Shown here: positions 15,951 to 33,749 of the stretch, piece by piece
Layout: each line of letters begins with the position of its first letter
Position numbering within the stretch: position 1 is the stretch's first letter
DNA from: the human T2T-CHM13v2.0 reference genome, Homo sapiens
DNA: 64,000 nucleotides
Assembly: GCF_009914755.1 (NCBI RefSeq)
Contig: NC_060939.1
Strand: one strand, 5' to 3'
Made by a program: the position numbers and the translations under genes
Notes under the pieces: generated by a model
Told to the model about the DNA's origin: nothing
Seen by the model: the letters and a program-made list of their open reading frames with translations, nothing else
Databases searched by the model: none

Positions 15951-16104
15951 GAAAGAAGAGCAGAAGGAAGACCCAAAGTCTGTTCCTGGATTTCTGTTTT
16001 GGGTAACTAGTGGGTGATCCTGACAGGGAATAAAGGAAATGTGGATTCTGGGGAGAAAATGAGTTGTTTTGTATTATTAACATTTATATCTGGGCAGAAA
16101 ACTA

Positions 16105-16430
16105 TAACGGGCCAATAAACATGAACATGTGCTCCTCCTCACCAGTAACTAAAGAATGAAAATGAAAACAAAGTCCTTATGTATCGGAATGGGATACAAA
16201 ATTGAAAATATCCAGTAATGGCAAGGATACAACTGGCATTCTCATACATAGTTGATGGAAGTATAATGTAGAAAACCATTTTGGGGGACAATTTGGAAAG
16301 ATTTATCTAAAATGTTAATTGTGCTGTCTGTTTGACCGCATCATTCCCCTTCAAGGAATTTATTCTAGAGCTTCCAAAGTTAAAAGCACAAGGCTATTCC
16401 CTGAAGCTTGTTTGTATTAGCAAGAACACC
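16105..16430 (+). mobile_element. Ancient L1ME fragment
   Basis: GGCCAATAAACATGAA...CTCATACAT.GTTGATGGAAGTATAA...TTTGACC...GGAATTTATTCT. Confidence 0.6.
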
Positions 16431-16449
16431 CCAATTCCTCCACGATCCA

Positions 16450-16650
16450 ACCATGTGATCTTGGGCAAATTACTTCCCCTGCCTGTGCGTCAGTTTCCCC
16501 ACTTGTAAAATTGGCACTCATACACACACACACACACACACACACACAGAACTAGCACTCGGATCATTCATTTGTTGGGATTAAATGAGAAAATGCAAGG
16601 CAAGCACTTAGCACGGAGCCTGAGCTGTGATCAGTGCCCAGCTAAGGTTA
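16450..16650 (+). mobile_element. MIR containing (CA)n at ~16522-16549
   Basis: TGTGATCTTGGGCAAATTACTT...CAGTTTCCCCACTTGTAAAAT...GATTAAATGAGA. Confidence 0.8.
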
Positions 16651-17724
16651 GCATTCCTGCTCCTCTTGCTAGCAGCAGGGGTTCCTGATGGGGCATTAAT
16701 GGAGGGACTCTTAGGGAGAAAGGGAATAGCTGGGCTTTGGGGGAGCACTGCTGCATGAAGCTGAAAGCCCAGAGCAGATAGGAGAGAAAATGAGTCTGCT
16801 TCTAAAGTGCCCACTTCAATCACAGCAGGGAAGGAAGTAGGAGATTCAGAGACAGTCTAGAGAGATGTGTAACAACGGTAGATGGAAAGGAGAGGTAGCT
16901 GAGATTCTTTGTTTTTTGATTGGGGAAATCTATAAACCGATGAGCCCCAAGGTTCCTGTGGAAAAGTCGGCAGCCGGGCACAGCCCCAGAGTCTCGGGGT
17001 GGATTATTTAGTGCTCCCTTGTTGCGGAAGTGCACCTGGGCTTCCAGAACAAGCAGGGGTGAGGAGTGAAGGTGGCAAAAGAATGGCTGATCTGGAGCTT
17101 TGTGGCCTCACAGTGCTGGGAACCCAGTTTAATGGTTCTAGGATGACCTTGGGAACACGGAGGGTCTTGGGCTCATCGTCAGGAATGGGTCTGTGGTGTC
17201 ATGAACCTGACTTTGTTCTCAGCAGCCGTGTCACATGGGGTAATCCATTGTCTGTACTTGAATTGGGCACAGCTCTTTTGCATTCTATCTGCCCACTTTT
17301 CTTACTGTCACTGCTCATGGGCTCAGAACTGCAAAGATGCTCTGGGCCTGAGCATCTGCTCTCCCCAGCCACACCAAACCTCCATGCTGTGTAGGGGATC
17401 TAGAACAGAATTTAAGGAGTAAACAGACACCTTACAGTGCATTTTGTGTGCTTACAAATAGCTCTTGAAATTTCACCCTTAGAGAGTCCTATGTTTTGGG
17501 ATTCCACAAGTATTCCTGACAAATATGTTAACTTTCATCAGTTCACATCTGTGTGCAAATACGTGTAATCCCATTGCTTTTCCCTTGGAGCCGTGATCTG
17601 TTTAGAAAGACAGTAAGAGGTTTCATGAGGTGGATGGAGAAGAAGAGGGCGACTTCAGAACTCATGCCATTCACCAGGGGAAGGCAGGACTCAGCTTCAT
17701 GATGAGGTAGGGGTTCTCTGACTC

Positions 17725-18023
17725 TTTTCCTTTTTCTTTTTTTTTTTTTGTTTTTGAGATGGAGTTTCACTCTTGTCGCCCAGGCTGAAGTGCAGTGGCT
17801 CCATCTCAGCTCACTGCAACTTCCGCCTCCTGGGTTCAAGTGATTCTCGTGCCTCAGCCTCCCAATTAGCTGAGATTATAGGCACCCGTCGGCTAATTTT
17901 TGCATTTTTAGTAGAGACGGGGTTTCACCATGTTGGCCAGGCTGGTCTCAAACTCCTGACTTCAGGTGATCTGCCCGCCCCAGCCTCCCAAAGTGCTGGT
18001 GGCGTGAGCCACCACGCCTGGCC
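17725..18023 (-). mobile_element. AluS-like SINE
   Basis: Reverse dimer; TSD ~CTCTGACTCTT. Confidence 0.95.
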
Positions 18024-18899
18024 CTCTGACTCTTGAAAAGCTCTGGAACCTGGAGCAGGAGAGAGAGTCTCCAAGATAAACCTAACCAGCTCTACAGGGT
18101 GGTGGAAGCCTCGTAGAATGCAGAGATCACACGGCTGGGTATGGAAGATCTGCATTCCTGTCTCAACTTTGCAACTTAATAGCTGCATGGACCCAATTCA
18201 CCATAGCTAATCTCTCTTTCCTAGGTTATAAAGGAGTCGGTCATGCCTGCCCCAGCGTTTGTTTGAATGTGACTGTGCTTTGAAAAATATTCCCAATGCC
18301 ACCTAAGCTCAAGCACATTTTTTATCATTACTATTGGAAACATTCCACGAGGGCTGGCCTCAGGCAGGTCAACGTGAAAGCATGCTCTATACGGCTGAGG
18401 CCGGCTGGCCAGCAGCCGTGGCTGCAGGTCTCTCAGAGTCACTCACAGAAGCACTGAAATGACCCACTCATTTTTGTTGAGATCAAAACCTTAAACGGAA
18501 CAAGTCTAATTGACAGCAAGCTTCCTTCAAGGAACTTCAATGAACAATTCAGGGCCTGCTGATGCTGGGATAAGATGGACAAAGAACTCTGGGTTTGTGT
18601 TTCTGCCCTGGGGAGTGCCTCTGCCAGGGCAGGCAGCTGAGGTCTGTGCCTAGGTCTCTCTATTAAACTTCTTTCTCTTGGGCTGGGCCACAGAGCCCTG
18701 ATTCACCCCACAGCAGCTCCCAGTCCTACCAAGCAAATGTGGGATGGGGCCTGCACTGGGTGCAGAGTGAAGCAGGTGCCCCGTGGGCACAATGTTGCGA
18801 GTGCAATAAAGAAATTGTATAGGACTGCCCCTGCTCATGTGGATGGGAGGGAAGATGTAGGCACACAGTGGGGACAATGCCCACTAGCATTTCATAAGT

Positions 18900-19055
18900 G
18901 CAGTGGTGGTAGGGGTGGAAAGAGCCCTGACCACAAGTTAGACACGGGTTCAAGTCCTTATTCTGCCACCTTCAACCTTTCTCAGTCTCAGTTTCATTGT
19001 CTGTAAAAACAAGGGTGAGACTGCCAGAGCTCTCTGGCCCATGGTTGTTATGAAG
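18900..19055 (+). mobile_element. MIR fragment
   Basis: GGGTTCAAGTCC..TTCTGCCAC...TCTCAGTTTCATTGTCTGTAAAA. Confidence 0.7.
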
Positions 19056-19336
19056 AGTTCTTGGTATTACGACACACCGTACAAATAACCTGTCATTATT
19101 AATGATGCATTATCAGCATTAATGATACATTGCTAACGATTCAAGTACTGGAGGGACCACAGTAGAGGTGATGAGATTTGTGTGGCAATTTGATGATCAT
19201 GAAGCCTATTGGTAAATGTTCTGAAGATTTTTAGATACAAACGATTGCATGGTTTTACTTCATATCATAGAAGTCAGAGCTAGGAAAAGACAGATTAATC
19301 ATCTAATTCAAGCACCTTATTTTACAGACAAGCTGA

Positions 19337-19733
<397 letters not shown>

Positions 19734-20768
19734 ATTGTGCTCAGTACTTAATGAGACAGAACTGAATTAATTCCCCCACTTAAGTCTTAGTGAGTGCAGG
19801 GCTGGGACTCTATGACACTGAATGGTGAGATGGAAGGAGAAAACAATAGGACCTGGGATCGACTTGCACATGCACTTTTTCAACAGTCCTCAAAGCATCT
19901 GAAATACTTAAAGTGCCTTTTAGACAAAATAATTCAATTGCATTATTCTATAAGTAATAAATGATATATTTATGTCTATGTGTACATACATAGTTTTTGG
20001 CAAGGGGAGGTGATGAGGAAAGAGAAAAGTGATCGTAATTCCTGCTGGTTACACATCCTGAACTGTAAGTTTTCAGGTATTTTAGTTTACAGGTAGCTCC
20101 TTCTCTTGCTGTTGAAAAAAAAATCCTCAATTTAAAATTAAATAATTTCTTATACATATGATATACACATATAGGTACATACATATGCACATTTGTATGT
20201 ATGTATCTATCTAGTCTATACATAATTTGCTTTTTTTTTTTTACTATAAAAAATTGTCCTTCCTAGCTGCATAATTAACATTCCGTTTTACTGCAGCTCT
20301 TCAATATCCTTTGCCTGGCTACTTCCTCAAATGACCTAGATCCGTTTTGATCTCTGGATAGGGATAGCATGCTGCCTAGGGAAGATTCTGTGTTAGAAAT
20401 TATTCAGGAGGTCTGGCTGCTTGTCAAAAGTCTTCTGCTCTTTACTACGGAGCTTGGTTTTCTCCTTGTGGTTGGGGCAGGCAGGGAACACGTGAACTAG
20501 TGTTACTTTACAAACATGTATGTAATAGGGCTTATGATCTGATAGCAACTTTCTAAGTGCTTGCAAATATTAACATTTAATCCTCATAACGACCCCATGA
20601 GTTGCCATTATTAACCCTTATTTAATAGATGAGGCTAAATAATTTATTTAAATTCTGCAATAATTTAGAAACCCTTGGAAAAGCCCTCTGCCAAGACTAA
20701 CACCACTCTTTTTTCTTTCTTTCTTTTTTCTTTTTGGTGTAGTTGGCAGGATTTAATACCACTCTTCA

Positions 20769-21268
<500 letters not shown>

Positions 21269-22084
21269 TTATAGTAGAGGAATGCGTCAGCACCCTCTGG
21301 GAGGAATTACAGCTTCTCTCCATGTGAACTCCAAACCATAGAGAGGGAAAGATTCTGGAATCTGCCTTATGCTCTGTGTGCCACATGCCCCTTCTTTTTC
21401 AATTATTCTAGATTAGAAATCATCTGGACAAATGAATAGCCATAGTGGTTATGAAAGGTGAGATTCTTGAGTACTTCCACATTCTGCGTCATATATTTCT
21501 GCAAATATTTTCCTGTAAGCATGTATGACTATTGTAATCAGACATAATATAAAGAAGAAAACCAAAGTTTGCATTACAGACAATCATAGATTTGCAAAAT
21601 TTTGTGCGTACAAGGATATTCACTGCTGTTTTGCTTGCAGTCCTCCTACATAGCCTCGGTAAAGGAGAGGCTAACTCAACAATGGTGCCTCCTTCACTGG
21701 ATTGCTGTGTGGCTGCTAAAAAACCTGCAGGGTAGCTCTGAATGTGCTGAGAGAGCCTCAGATATATTGTGAGGAGAATAAAGCAAGATATAACATGGTG
21801 TAGAGGGTACTACAATTTTGTGGAGGATAGAAAAATGAATATTAGTTGATGCATCTAATACCTTTAGGAGGATCAGAAAAACCGGCAAGAGTGATTGTTT
21901 CTGGGTCAGAGCAATAAGGGAGGCTTACTGTTCACTCTGTACCCTTTCATACCTTTGAAATGTGTTAAATTTATGTATTACCTATTCAATAAATAGATAA
22001 AAATTTGTAAAAAGAAAGAGGTCTTAAACATCATTGAGAATCAACTCCCTGTTATCTAAGAGCTTTCTTCCTACCATAGAAGCC

Positions 22085-22435
22085 TGCGTAGTCTGTCCTT
22101 TTTGCCTGGAACACCTTTCTGTACCCCAACCCAGCCTGCGGATCTCAGCTCAGTTGAGGTTTTCTCATCAGGGATGTCCCTGGCCTCCCGCGATAGGTCA
22201 AACACCCTTTTATCTGCTCTTGTAACACCCAATGGGCCTTTCCATCAAACACTTTCCCAGTTGCAGTTTTACATATACTCATGTGATTGTTCGATTCATG
22301 TTTGTCTCTCGCCATGAGGTATAAGCTACATGAGAGAAGGGTCTTTGATTTTACTCACCAGTATATCCATAAAATTTGGAACACAGGAATGTATTTGGTG
22401 CACTGGTATGGAATAGGGTAAATACTGAATGAATA
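22085..22435 (+). mobile_element. L2 3' fragment
   Basis: TTTGCCTGGAACACC...TCTCAGCTCA...TAAGCTACATGAGAG...TTTTACTCACC. Confidence 0.65.
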
Positions 22436-22566
22436 GGGGAGTATATGTGCCGGCAACTACCCCTACTACTGGTCATCAGGCCCGTTCTTATTCATTATTA
22501 TTAAAAAATTAATTTAAAATTTTTTATCTATTTATTTATTTTGAGATAGGTTATGAAACTGGCTAA

Positions 22567-22869
<303 letters not shown>

Positions 22870-22877
22870 GCCTGTTC

Positions 22878-23039
22878 TTTTTCTTTTTTAGAGACAGGGT
22901 CTCTCGCGCTGTTACCCAGGCTGGAGTACAGTGGCATGATCTTGGCTCACTGCAGCCTGAAACTCCTGGGCTCAACTGATCCTCCCACCTCTGCCCCTCA
23001 AAGTGCTGGGGTCTCAGGCATGAGCCACCGTGCCTGGCC
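22878..23039 (-). mobile_element. Alu monomer (FAM/FRAM-like)
   Basis: Single ~160-bp reverse arm. Confidence 0.85.
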
Positions 23040-24654
23040 AGGCCTGTTTTTAAACATCTGAGAACCAGGATCTCACAGCTCCCTGGAGCTGTCCACTGCA
23101 CCTTCAAATTCCTCTCACTGTTGGTAATTTCAGCTCATATTGAACTAAACTGAGTCTTTGTGGCTTCCACTCACTGGATTTAATTCCACCTCAGTAACAC
23201 AGGGAGCAGGACTAATCCTCTTTCACATGATTGCTTTTAAAATATTTGAGCATATAGTTTCCTTTTTACCTAACTACGAATCTTACATTCTTTCAGCCAT
23301 TACTAACTGTGACCTCGAGACTGGGGAAGGTGTCACCTACATCTCTGTTATCTGTAGCCCTCAGCTCTGGGTTCGGCTTAGTATATGTTGTTTGGATGAA
23401 TCATTTTTCATATGGCATCTTGTAAATTACTTACCCTGAACATGTTCCACTTTGCCTCTTAAAATATTGGCCAAAATGCTGGACAAATATCATAGCTTCA
23501 GTATCCCCAGTGCACCTTCTTTCCATTGTCCATAACTCTAGTAATGCCAACTAAGATCCCATGAACTTTGGGGGCAGCCATTGATGACACATGGTCAGCC
23601 CTGTTCATGCTACTCTCCTTCTTTCTGTTTTTCAGAGCTCCTGTTTCTACCCTAGAGCATTACTATATGTTGGCCTTTATGTATTAAAATGCTACACTCA
23701 CCTGCTCTGAGTCTCATTAGAATGGCTAATGTTATAATGTTGACTTGTTTCTCAGACTCTCCAACGCCAGACCAGCAGCTTCACGAAACACCGTGAGTTC
23801 CACACCAAGAAAGACATCACCATTAAAAAATAGGTCCACTTGGACCTACATGCCACAGCAAATACTATTTGGGGCCAACCCACAATGGTTCCCTCTACAA
23901 CACCTTTACTCAATGAGTATCTCCAGAGACGAAAGGAAAACTTAAAGGTTTGAGCTTCAAGTGAGAGTTTTTTTTAAAGGCCAGCCTCTTTACTCATCAA
24001 CCCTGCTGCTCAGAACTCTGATGAGACCCATTCTCGAGAGCTCTCATGCTGCTGAATCTAAGCTCTTAGCATCAGATGACTCCTGGGTAATGCGAGCATG
24101 GGCGCATCACTGCTAATGTGCACAGCGCTTGGCAGAACGCCACAAGGCCGATATGTCGAGTGTAGCTTCTCAGTCTCTTAGCCAAGATCAACCGTAGAAC
24201 CAGTCAATCTCCAACATCGTAATAACTCCTCTTTGGGGAACATATCCTGACCTGGTAAGGGGACAGATGCAGTGATTTAGTTTCTTTTTCCCACATTCAG
24301 CTTTCATGAGCCATATGACAAATGAGCAAAGGATCAGAGCATGCTGGGAACTAATGAACCAGAGGGAGAAATTCATTTAATGACTTAAGTGTGTTTTATC
24401 TAATGTGAAATGTAGGTCAATTCACTGTAAATTTATTCATAGGGATTATTTGTCCTTAGCCTGATTACATGGCATGTGTTGTAAGATTTCAGCCCTGTGT
24501 AAAACAGAACAGGTCCTGCCTGTCTCTCTCCATCCTTCCCTCCCCGCAGCATCCCTTCCCCTCACACACACACACAGGGTGGCAGGAATCTAACAACATC
24601 CATCAGTGCTTGTCTCAACAGATAAGGCTGATTTCAAACTATTCAAAACACTGA

Positions 24655-26288
<1,634 letters not shown>

Positions 26289-26877
26289 TAAAAGCTGGAC
26301 ACCTACACAGAAATTCAGACATATTGCTGAGTAGAGTCCAAAAGAAAAATTAGGCAAGAAGGAGAGAATTTCATCACTCTGTTGGTCCAGCCGGGTATGT
26401 GTCACCAGAGAGACAAATTTATCAAACACAACAACCAGGGAATGAGTCTTGGGAGGTTTGGCTAGCAACGGTTTCTCAAGTCTAATTTAAGAAACCCAAG
26501 ATAACAATCTTAGGGCACTCATCATCACCGTCACTGTTGTTATTATTTTGTAAAATGCAAATTAGTAACTGAACAGGTCAGCTTGCATTAGTGTCCCGTG
26601 AGCTTCCTTAGCTTCTTTACCTCTCAGAATAAAAAAGAATGTTCAGCCCTTGGTCCTAAAAGATAGGGGTCATAAAGCAATTTGAAGGAAGATTTGAACA
26701 AAGGCTTAAAAAGAGACATCGATTCAAAATAGATCCCCGCAAGATCATATTTGGGGAGGAAAAATGTGTGGGGACCTAGTTCACATCAGTATAATTTGTG
26801 GTTTCCTGCAGCAGTGTGAAAATCTTCTCATCAAAAATCATCTTTCTGACTCAGAGAAGAGAATAATGAAATTGTAA

Positions 26878-27263
<386 letters not shown>

Positions 27264-27415
27264 GGAACATTAACTTAACATTGAGCACCTAGCAAGTAAA
27301 GTCAAATGTCATACTTTTTCCCATGCCAATTTCATCTCCAAGACAAAGAACAGGATAATCTTTTCATAATTCTGTAAATTCTAATGCATTTTACAGGGGA
27401 AAACAAAGAATGCAA

Positions 27416-27656
27416 CTTTTTTTTTTTTTTTTTTTTGAGACAGGGTCTCATTCTGTTGCCCCAGCTGGAGTGCAGTGGCACAATCACTGCTCACTGCAGC
27501 CTTGAACTCCTGACCTCAAGCAATCAGCCCACCTCAGGCTCCTAAGTAGCTGGTACTACAGACATGTGCCACCTCACCCAGCTGATTTTAACTCTTTTTG
27601 TAAAGACAGGGGTCTCCCTATGTTGCCCAGGCTGGCCTCCAACTCCTGGGCTCAAA
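27416..27656 (-). mobile_element. AluJ, 5'-truncated
   Basis: Poly(T), then reverse right arm and part of the left arm. Confidence 0.9.
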
Positions 27657-27777
27657 TAACTTTTTGTTTCCATGTGTTTCTAGTTAAGGAATGAGACCAT
27701 TAGGTTAAATGCACTCTCCTTATCTCCCCTAGGAATCATGATTTAGTTTCCTCTTTTTTTGTAGAAAACAATGGAGA

Positions 27778-27950
27778 GGCCAGGCACAGTGGCTCTTGCC
27801 TGTAATCCCAGCACTTTGGGAGGCTGAGGTGGGAGGATCACTTGAGCCTAGGAATTCAAGGTGACAATGCACTATGATCACACCACACTGCACTCCAGCC
27901 TGGGTGACAGAGTAAGACCCCGTCTCTAAAAAATCAAAATAATATAAAAT
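27778..27950 (+). mobile_element. Alu monomer (FAM/FRAM-like)
   Basis: Single arm with an A-rich tail. Confidence 0.85.
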
Positions 27951-28343
27951 AATAAAACAGAAAACAGTGGAGAACCCTAAAAAACCTTCAAAGTAACTTC
28001 TCAAGTCCTATAAAAAGACTTAAATTGCCTTGTTCCTGGATGATGGGGGTTTGGAATGTAAGTAATAATAATGTCCTATATTTGTTTGAAATTTTACAGT
28101 TTATTATGTACTTTCACTCACACTATTTTATCTGATGCTCATATTGCCCTGTGATTCTCAGCAGAGCTTCATCTTGCATGAGGGGTTGGGTTCTGTAGTC
28201 ACCAAGGAAGGTGAAATCACATACACTTAACATCCCCTGACCACGAAATAGAGGACACATAATTTTGTGTCTATGTAAATAAGTTCATTTGCCTTAGAGG
28301 CCAGGATATACCAAAACCTCCACAACTAAAAACCCAATGAGGG

Positions 28344-28650
<307 letters not shown>

Positions 28651-28814
28651 AAACCCAATGAGGGACACTAAGACCTGAGACTAACTGAGGGTTCCATGTC
28701 TCCCATCTCACCCTCACTTCAGGGCACAGGCTCATTGAGAGGAATGGCTAGTGGAATTGCCCAGCTTGTTTAGATTCTTATTCTTTCCCTCCTTTTTTGT
28801 CAAGGGTTTCATTG

Positions 28815-29952
28815 CATTGATTAGGGTCCAATCAGAAAAACAGAAACCATTCTAGGTATTCAAACAGAGGGGCTTTATTACGGGGAATTAGTTGCACAGG
28901 GGATAGGAATGTCCAGAAGAGAGTTAAGAAGCTGATATGGTTTGACTATGTCTTCACCCATATCTCACCTTGAATTGTAATAATCTCCACTTGTCAAGGG
29001 CAGGGCCAGGTGGAGGTAACTGAATTAAGGGAGAAGTTCCCCCGCTACTGTTCTCGTGGTAGTGAGTAAGTCTCACGAGATCTGAGTTCCCCTGCACAAG
29101 CTCTTTCGCCGGCCGCCATGTAAGATGTGCTATTGCTTTTCCTTTGCCTGTCACCATGATAGTGAAGGCTCCCCAGCTATGTAGAACTGTGAGTCCAGTA
29201 AACCTTTTCCTTTAAAAATTACCCAGTTTTGGGTATGTCTTTATTAGCAGAATGAGAACGGACTAATACAGAAGCCAAATAAAAGACAGTGAAGCAACCC
29301 AGCCATTCCTGATTTCTGAAAACCTCTGCCACCCCTCGGCTGGAGGAAATTACACCAGAACTAGGGGCTGGGATCACTGAAGTTAAGCTGGAACAAGGTA
29401 GGCCCGTTCAGCAAGAACTAGAGCCATAAAGGAAATGCAGCCACTACTAGTGAAGCCACCCAAGAAGTGAAGAATGAGGAGAAATACCCGAGACTTTCTT
29501 CCTGCCCTCCAGTAGATTCCACAATTCCACTGTTACTACTGCAGCTGGTGCTCTTTTGCATGCACCATTTCCTGGCTGGAGGCCAACTGACAAAGTCCAT
29601 TACATCATCTCCAGGTAGAATAACACTGCACCCAGGAGGGAGAAAACTTGTGCATGACCTCAGCTATCACCATTGCCTATACTACCGTGGCTAACCAGGA
29701 GGTCCTGAGTCTGTCAACATAACCTTTTCATTACTACTACAACCATCATTTGAGAAAACCAACACATTAAGGCTATCCATAACCAAGGAATCTCACACCT
29801 GCCCACTGGTGCCTTCTGTAGATGGATCACAACCGGAAGCCAGCAGAAAGGACCTCTGTCAGATGCAGCCTGTAGGGGTCAGCCCCCTTGCCCAAGACAC
29901 AGCAGATGAAGGGTGAGGAGTGGAGCTAAGGAAAAAATAGCAGGTACAGCAC
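28815..29952. mobile_element. Ancient ERVL-type LTR remnant(s) hosting the THE1 LTR
   Basis: TTAGGGTCCAATCAGAAAAACAGAAACCA...CAACCGGAAGCCAG...GATGCAGCCTGTAGGGGTCAGCC; family not resolved. Confidence 0.45.
28933..29270 (+). mobile_element. THE1-family solo LTR (ERVL-MaLR)
   Basis: TGATATGGTTTG...GACTAATACA termini; perfect 5-bp TSD GAAGC (28928-28932 / 29271-29275). Confidence 0.93.
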
Positions 29953-30774
29953 TATAACTAAATTATCTTTGTGCTAATTGTATCCTTGAATTCCTGCATG
30001 TTAAATGTGCACATGACGTGTCACCACTGTACACATTACCATTTCCAATTGACATTTGAGGAAACTAAGATTCGGGTTAAATAATTTGCCCAAGATTACA
30101 GAGGTAAGAAGTCCTGGAGGTCCTCTGATTCTGATGTCTAATGCTTTTGCCACGACCCCTGATTCCTTTCATGTGGATATGTTGGAAAAGGACTAGGACA
30201 TCTGAGGTTTTAAAAACGCTTTTATAGACTCTTAGAACTGTACTAATCCAGGGGATTTTAAACTGAGTACTCAAGCTCTGAGGTCCACAGACTATTTGAA
30301 GGACAGAGTCAACAGGACCCCGAGATCCACCCTCCACTTCAAATCTTGTGGCAATCTAATCTGGCATGTCTCAGGATTCTAAGTAAAATTTTAAGAAAAT
30401 GATTCTGCTAAGAGAATAAAATTGTGTTCTAATTGATCTCTCCTAAATGAAGTAGCTATGGCTCAGAGAGGGTCTAGTTAACAGCAGGCTTAAACCCAGG
30501 CTTATACCCAGGTGTTCCCGCTTGTTACTCAAGGCTCTTACCAGTGAATCGTGCTGTATGCTTACTAACAGATAGTGAGGCGAGAAAGGGAGAAGCAACA
30601 GGGAAAGGCAGGAGAAAGATAGACATCAAGCAGAAAGATGGCAAAAGAAAAAAAAATAGAGACCAAACAGGAAGATGGCAAAAATGCCATTGTGTTTTTG
30701 CATTCGGGGCAAAAACAAAGATAACTGTCAGAAATCTGGCCCATTCGTGGAAGGACTAAGTGAAATCAAGAATA

Positions 30775-31790
<1,016 letters not shown>

Positions 31791-32189
31791 AAAATTAAAT
31801 TTTTCTTAAAAAAATAAATAAATAAAATGAAACAAGGGCTGACTCTAGCCTGTGGTCTTGATGGCACAAAAAACTTGCACAATAAAATCTCATGAGAAAA
31901 AAAATCTTGCAATGGCTGTTGAGGTGGGTGAGGTGTGGCCATTCTACCATTCCTGTGTTGAGTCACACAGGGTACCTGCCTTCAAGCCCAATAATGGATC
32001 TGTCATGGGGTACAATTGTGCCCTGAGATTGCCGAACACTTTTATGTCCTGGCTTTACAGACTGTAAAAGCTACATAGATGCAGATTTGGAGTGAATACA
32101 GTATGATAATAACAAAGTTATGAGAACATACAGTATGAGAATACAGTATGAGAATAACAAAGTTATTGTTACATATATGCCTTGGCACC

Positions 32190-32340
32190 CCTCATTGTAA
32201 CTATCTGCATACTAGTCTGTATTCCTTTCTAGACTGTAAGGTCCATGAGAGCAAGAACTATAACCATCTTGTTCACTGTTTTTCTCTCCACCACGGAGCA
32301 CAGGCCTGGTTCATGGTGTGTTCTAAATAACCATTTGTTT
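32190..32340 (+). mobile_element. L2 3' fragment
   Basis: CTAGACTGTAAGGTCCATGAGAGCA...TCTTGTTCACTG. Confidence 0.7.
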
Positions 32341-32348
32341 AAATAATG

Positions 32349-32693
<345 letters not shown>

Positions 32694-32794
32694 TAAGAAT
32701 TTTTTAAATTATTGGGAACTCTCTAAAAAAAGTAGTGATGCTAATTCAATGACCATAAATTAATCTAACAACCATGTATTTGGGAACACAAGCA

Positions 32795-32955
32795 CATTCC
32801 CACATGTCATTTTATTTAATCTTCACAGCATCCCTGTTAAGCAGATATTACAGGTAGATAGCTCAGAAAGCTGAAGTGATTTAGTTCAAGGTAGTGGAGA
32901 AGGAATTCAAATTGAGGTTTCCTGATGCTAAGTCCCAGAGCAGTTTCATTGCACC
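32795..32955 (-). mobile_element. MIR fragment
   Basis: TTTAATCTTCACAGCATCCCTG...GCTCAGAAAG...GGAATTCAAA. Confidence 0.6.
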
Positions 32956-32970
32956 TGAGTTTCACACAAG

Positions 32971-33378
32971 CAGAGATGGGCTCCTCAACTTTTGATAAGG
33001 TTGCAGTCCCCATAAACCCATCAAAAGTTGAACATATCATAAACCAAAAATACATTTAATATACCTAGCCCACGGAACCTCGTAGCTTAGCCTCACCCAC
33101 AGTTGGGCTAAATCCTCTAACAAAAAGCTTACTTTATAAGAAAGTGTTAATATTTCCTGTAATATATTGAATACTATACTGGAAGTAAGAAACAGAATGG
33201 TTGTATGGGTACTTGAAGTACAGTTATTACGGTACTTTTTCAACTTGGTTCTAAAGCAGCATACAGACAGTTGCTGAACTTGCGATGATGCAACTTAAGA
33301 TTTTTCAACATTGCCTTCAAATCGCTGTAAAGTTGGAAAATCTTAAGTCGAACTATGGCAAGTCAGGAACTGTGTGTA
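32971..33378 (+). mobile_element. MER47 (TcMar-Tigger) fossil with a fold-back 3' part
   Basis: CAGAGATGGGCTCCTCAAC...AAACCCATC...AACAGAATGGTTGTATGGGTACTTGAAGTAC...CTTAAGTCGAAC...GGAACTGTGTGTA. Confidence 0.8.
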
Positions 33379-33591
33379 TGTTGCTTTAGATTTCTCTGAT
33401 GATTCATATCAAACATACATAAAGGAACTATGCCTGAAAAGTTCAATACTTTTTATCAGGAAATGACCGTAACTGCTTAGTGATTTTTAAAAATTCATTG
33501 ATAAATAGAGTCAAAATGTGGAGTGGACCACAGAGGTCTCAGGGAAATAGCTATCAAATGAAGGATAGTTTTTATATGTCAGAAATCTGTT

Positions 33592-33749
33592 CTCCAACTG
33601 CTGAGCTCAAGTGATCGGTCCACCTTGGCCTCCCAAAGTGCTAGGATTACAGGTGTGAGGCGGAGGTTTCAGTGAGCCAGGATCTCACCTCTGCACCCCA
33701 GCCTGGGCCACGGAGCCAGACCCTGTCTCAGGAAAAAAAAAAAAAAAAA
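33592..33749. mobile_element. Chimeric Alu: inverted left-arm piece joined to a forward 3' end
   Basis: 33592-33659 reads antisense; 33657-33749 reads sense with poly(A). Confidence 0.85.

Noticed and set aside
28933-29270. DUX4 site in the THE1 LTRs
   Set aside because: The expected TAATTGAATCA-like position is degenerate here (TAACTGAATTA) and in both LTRs of the 61653-63933 element.
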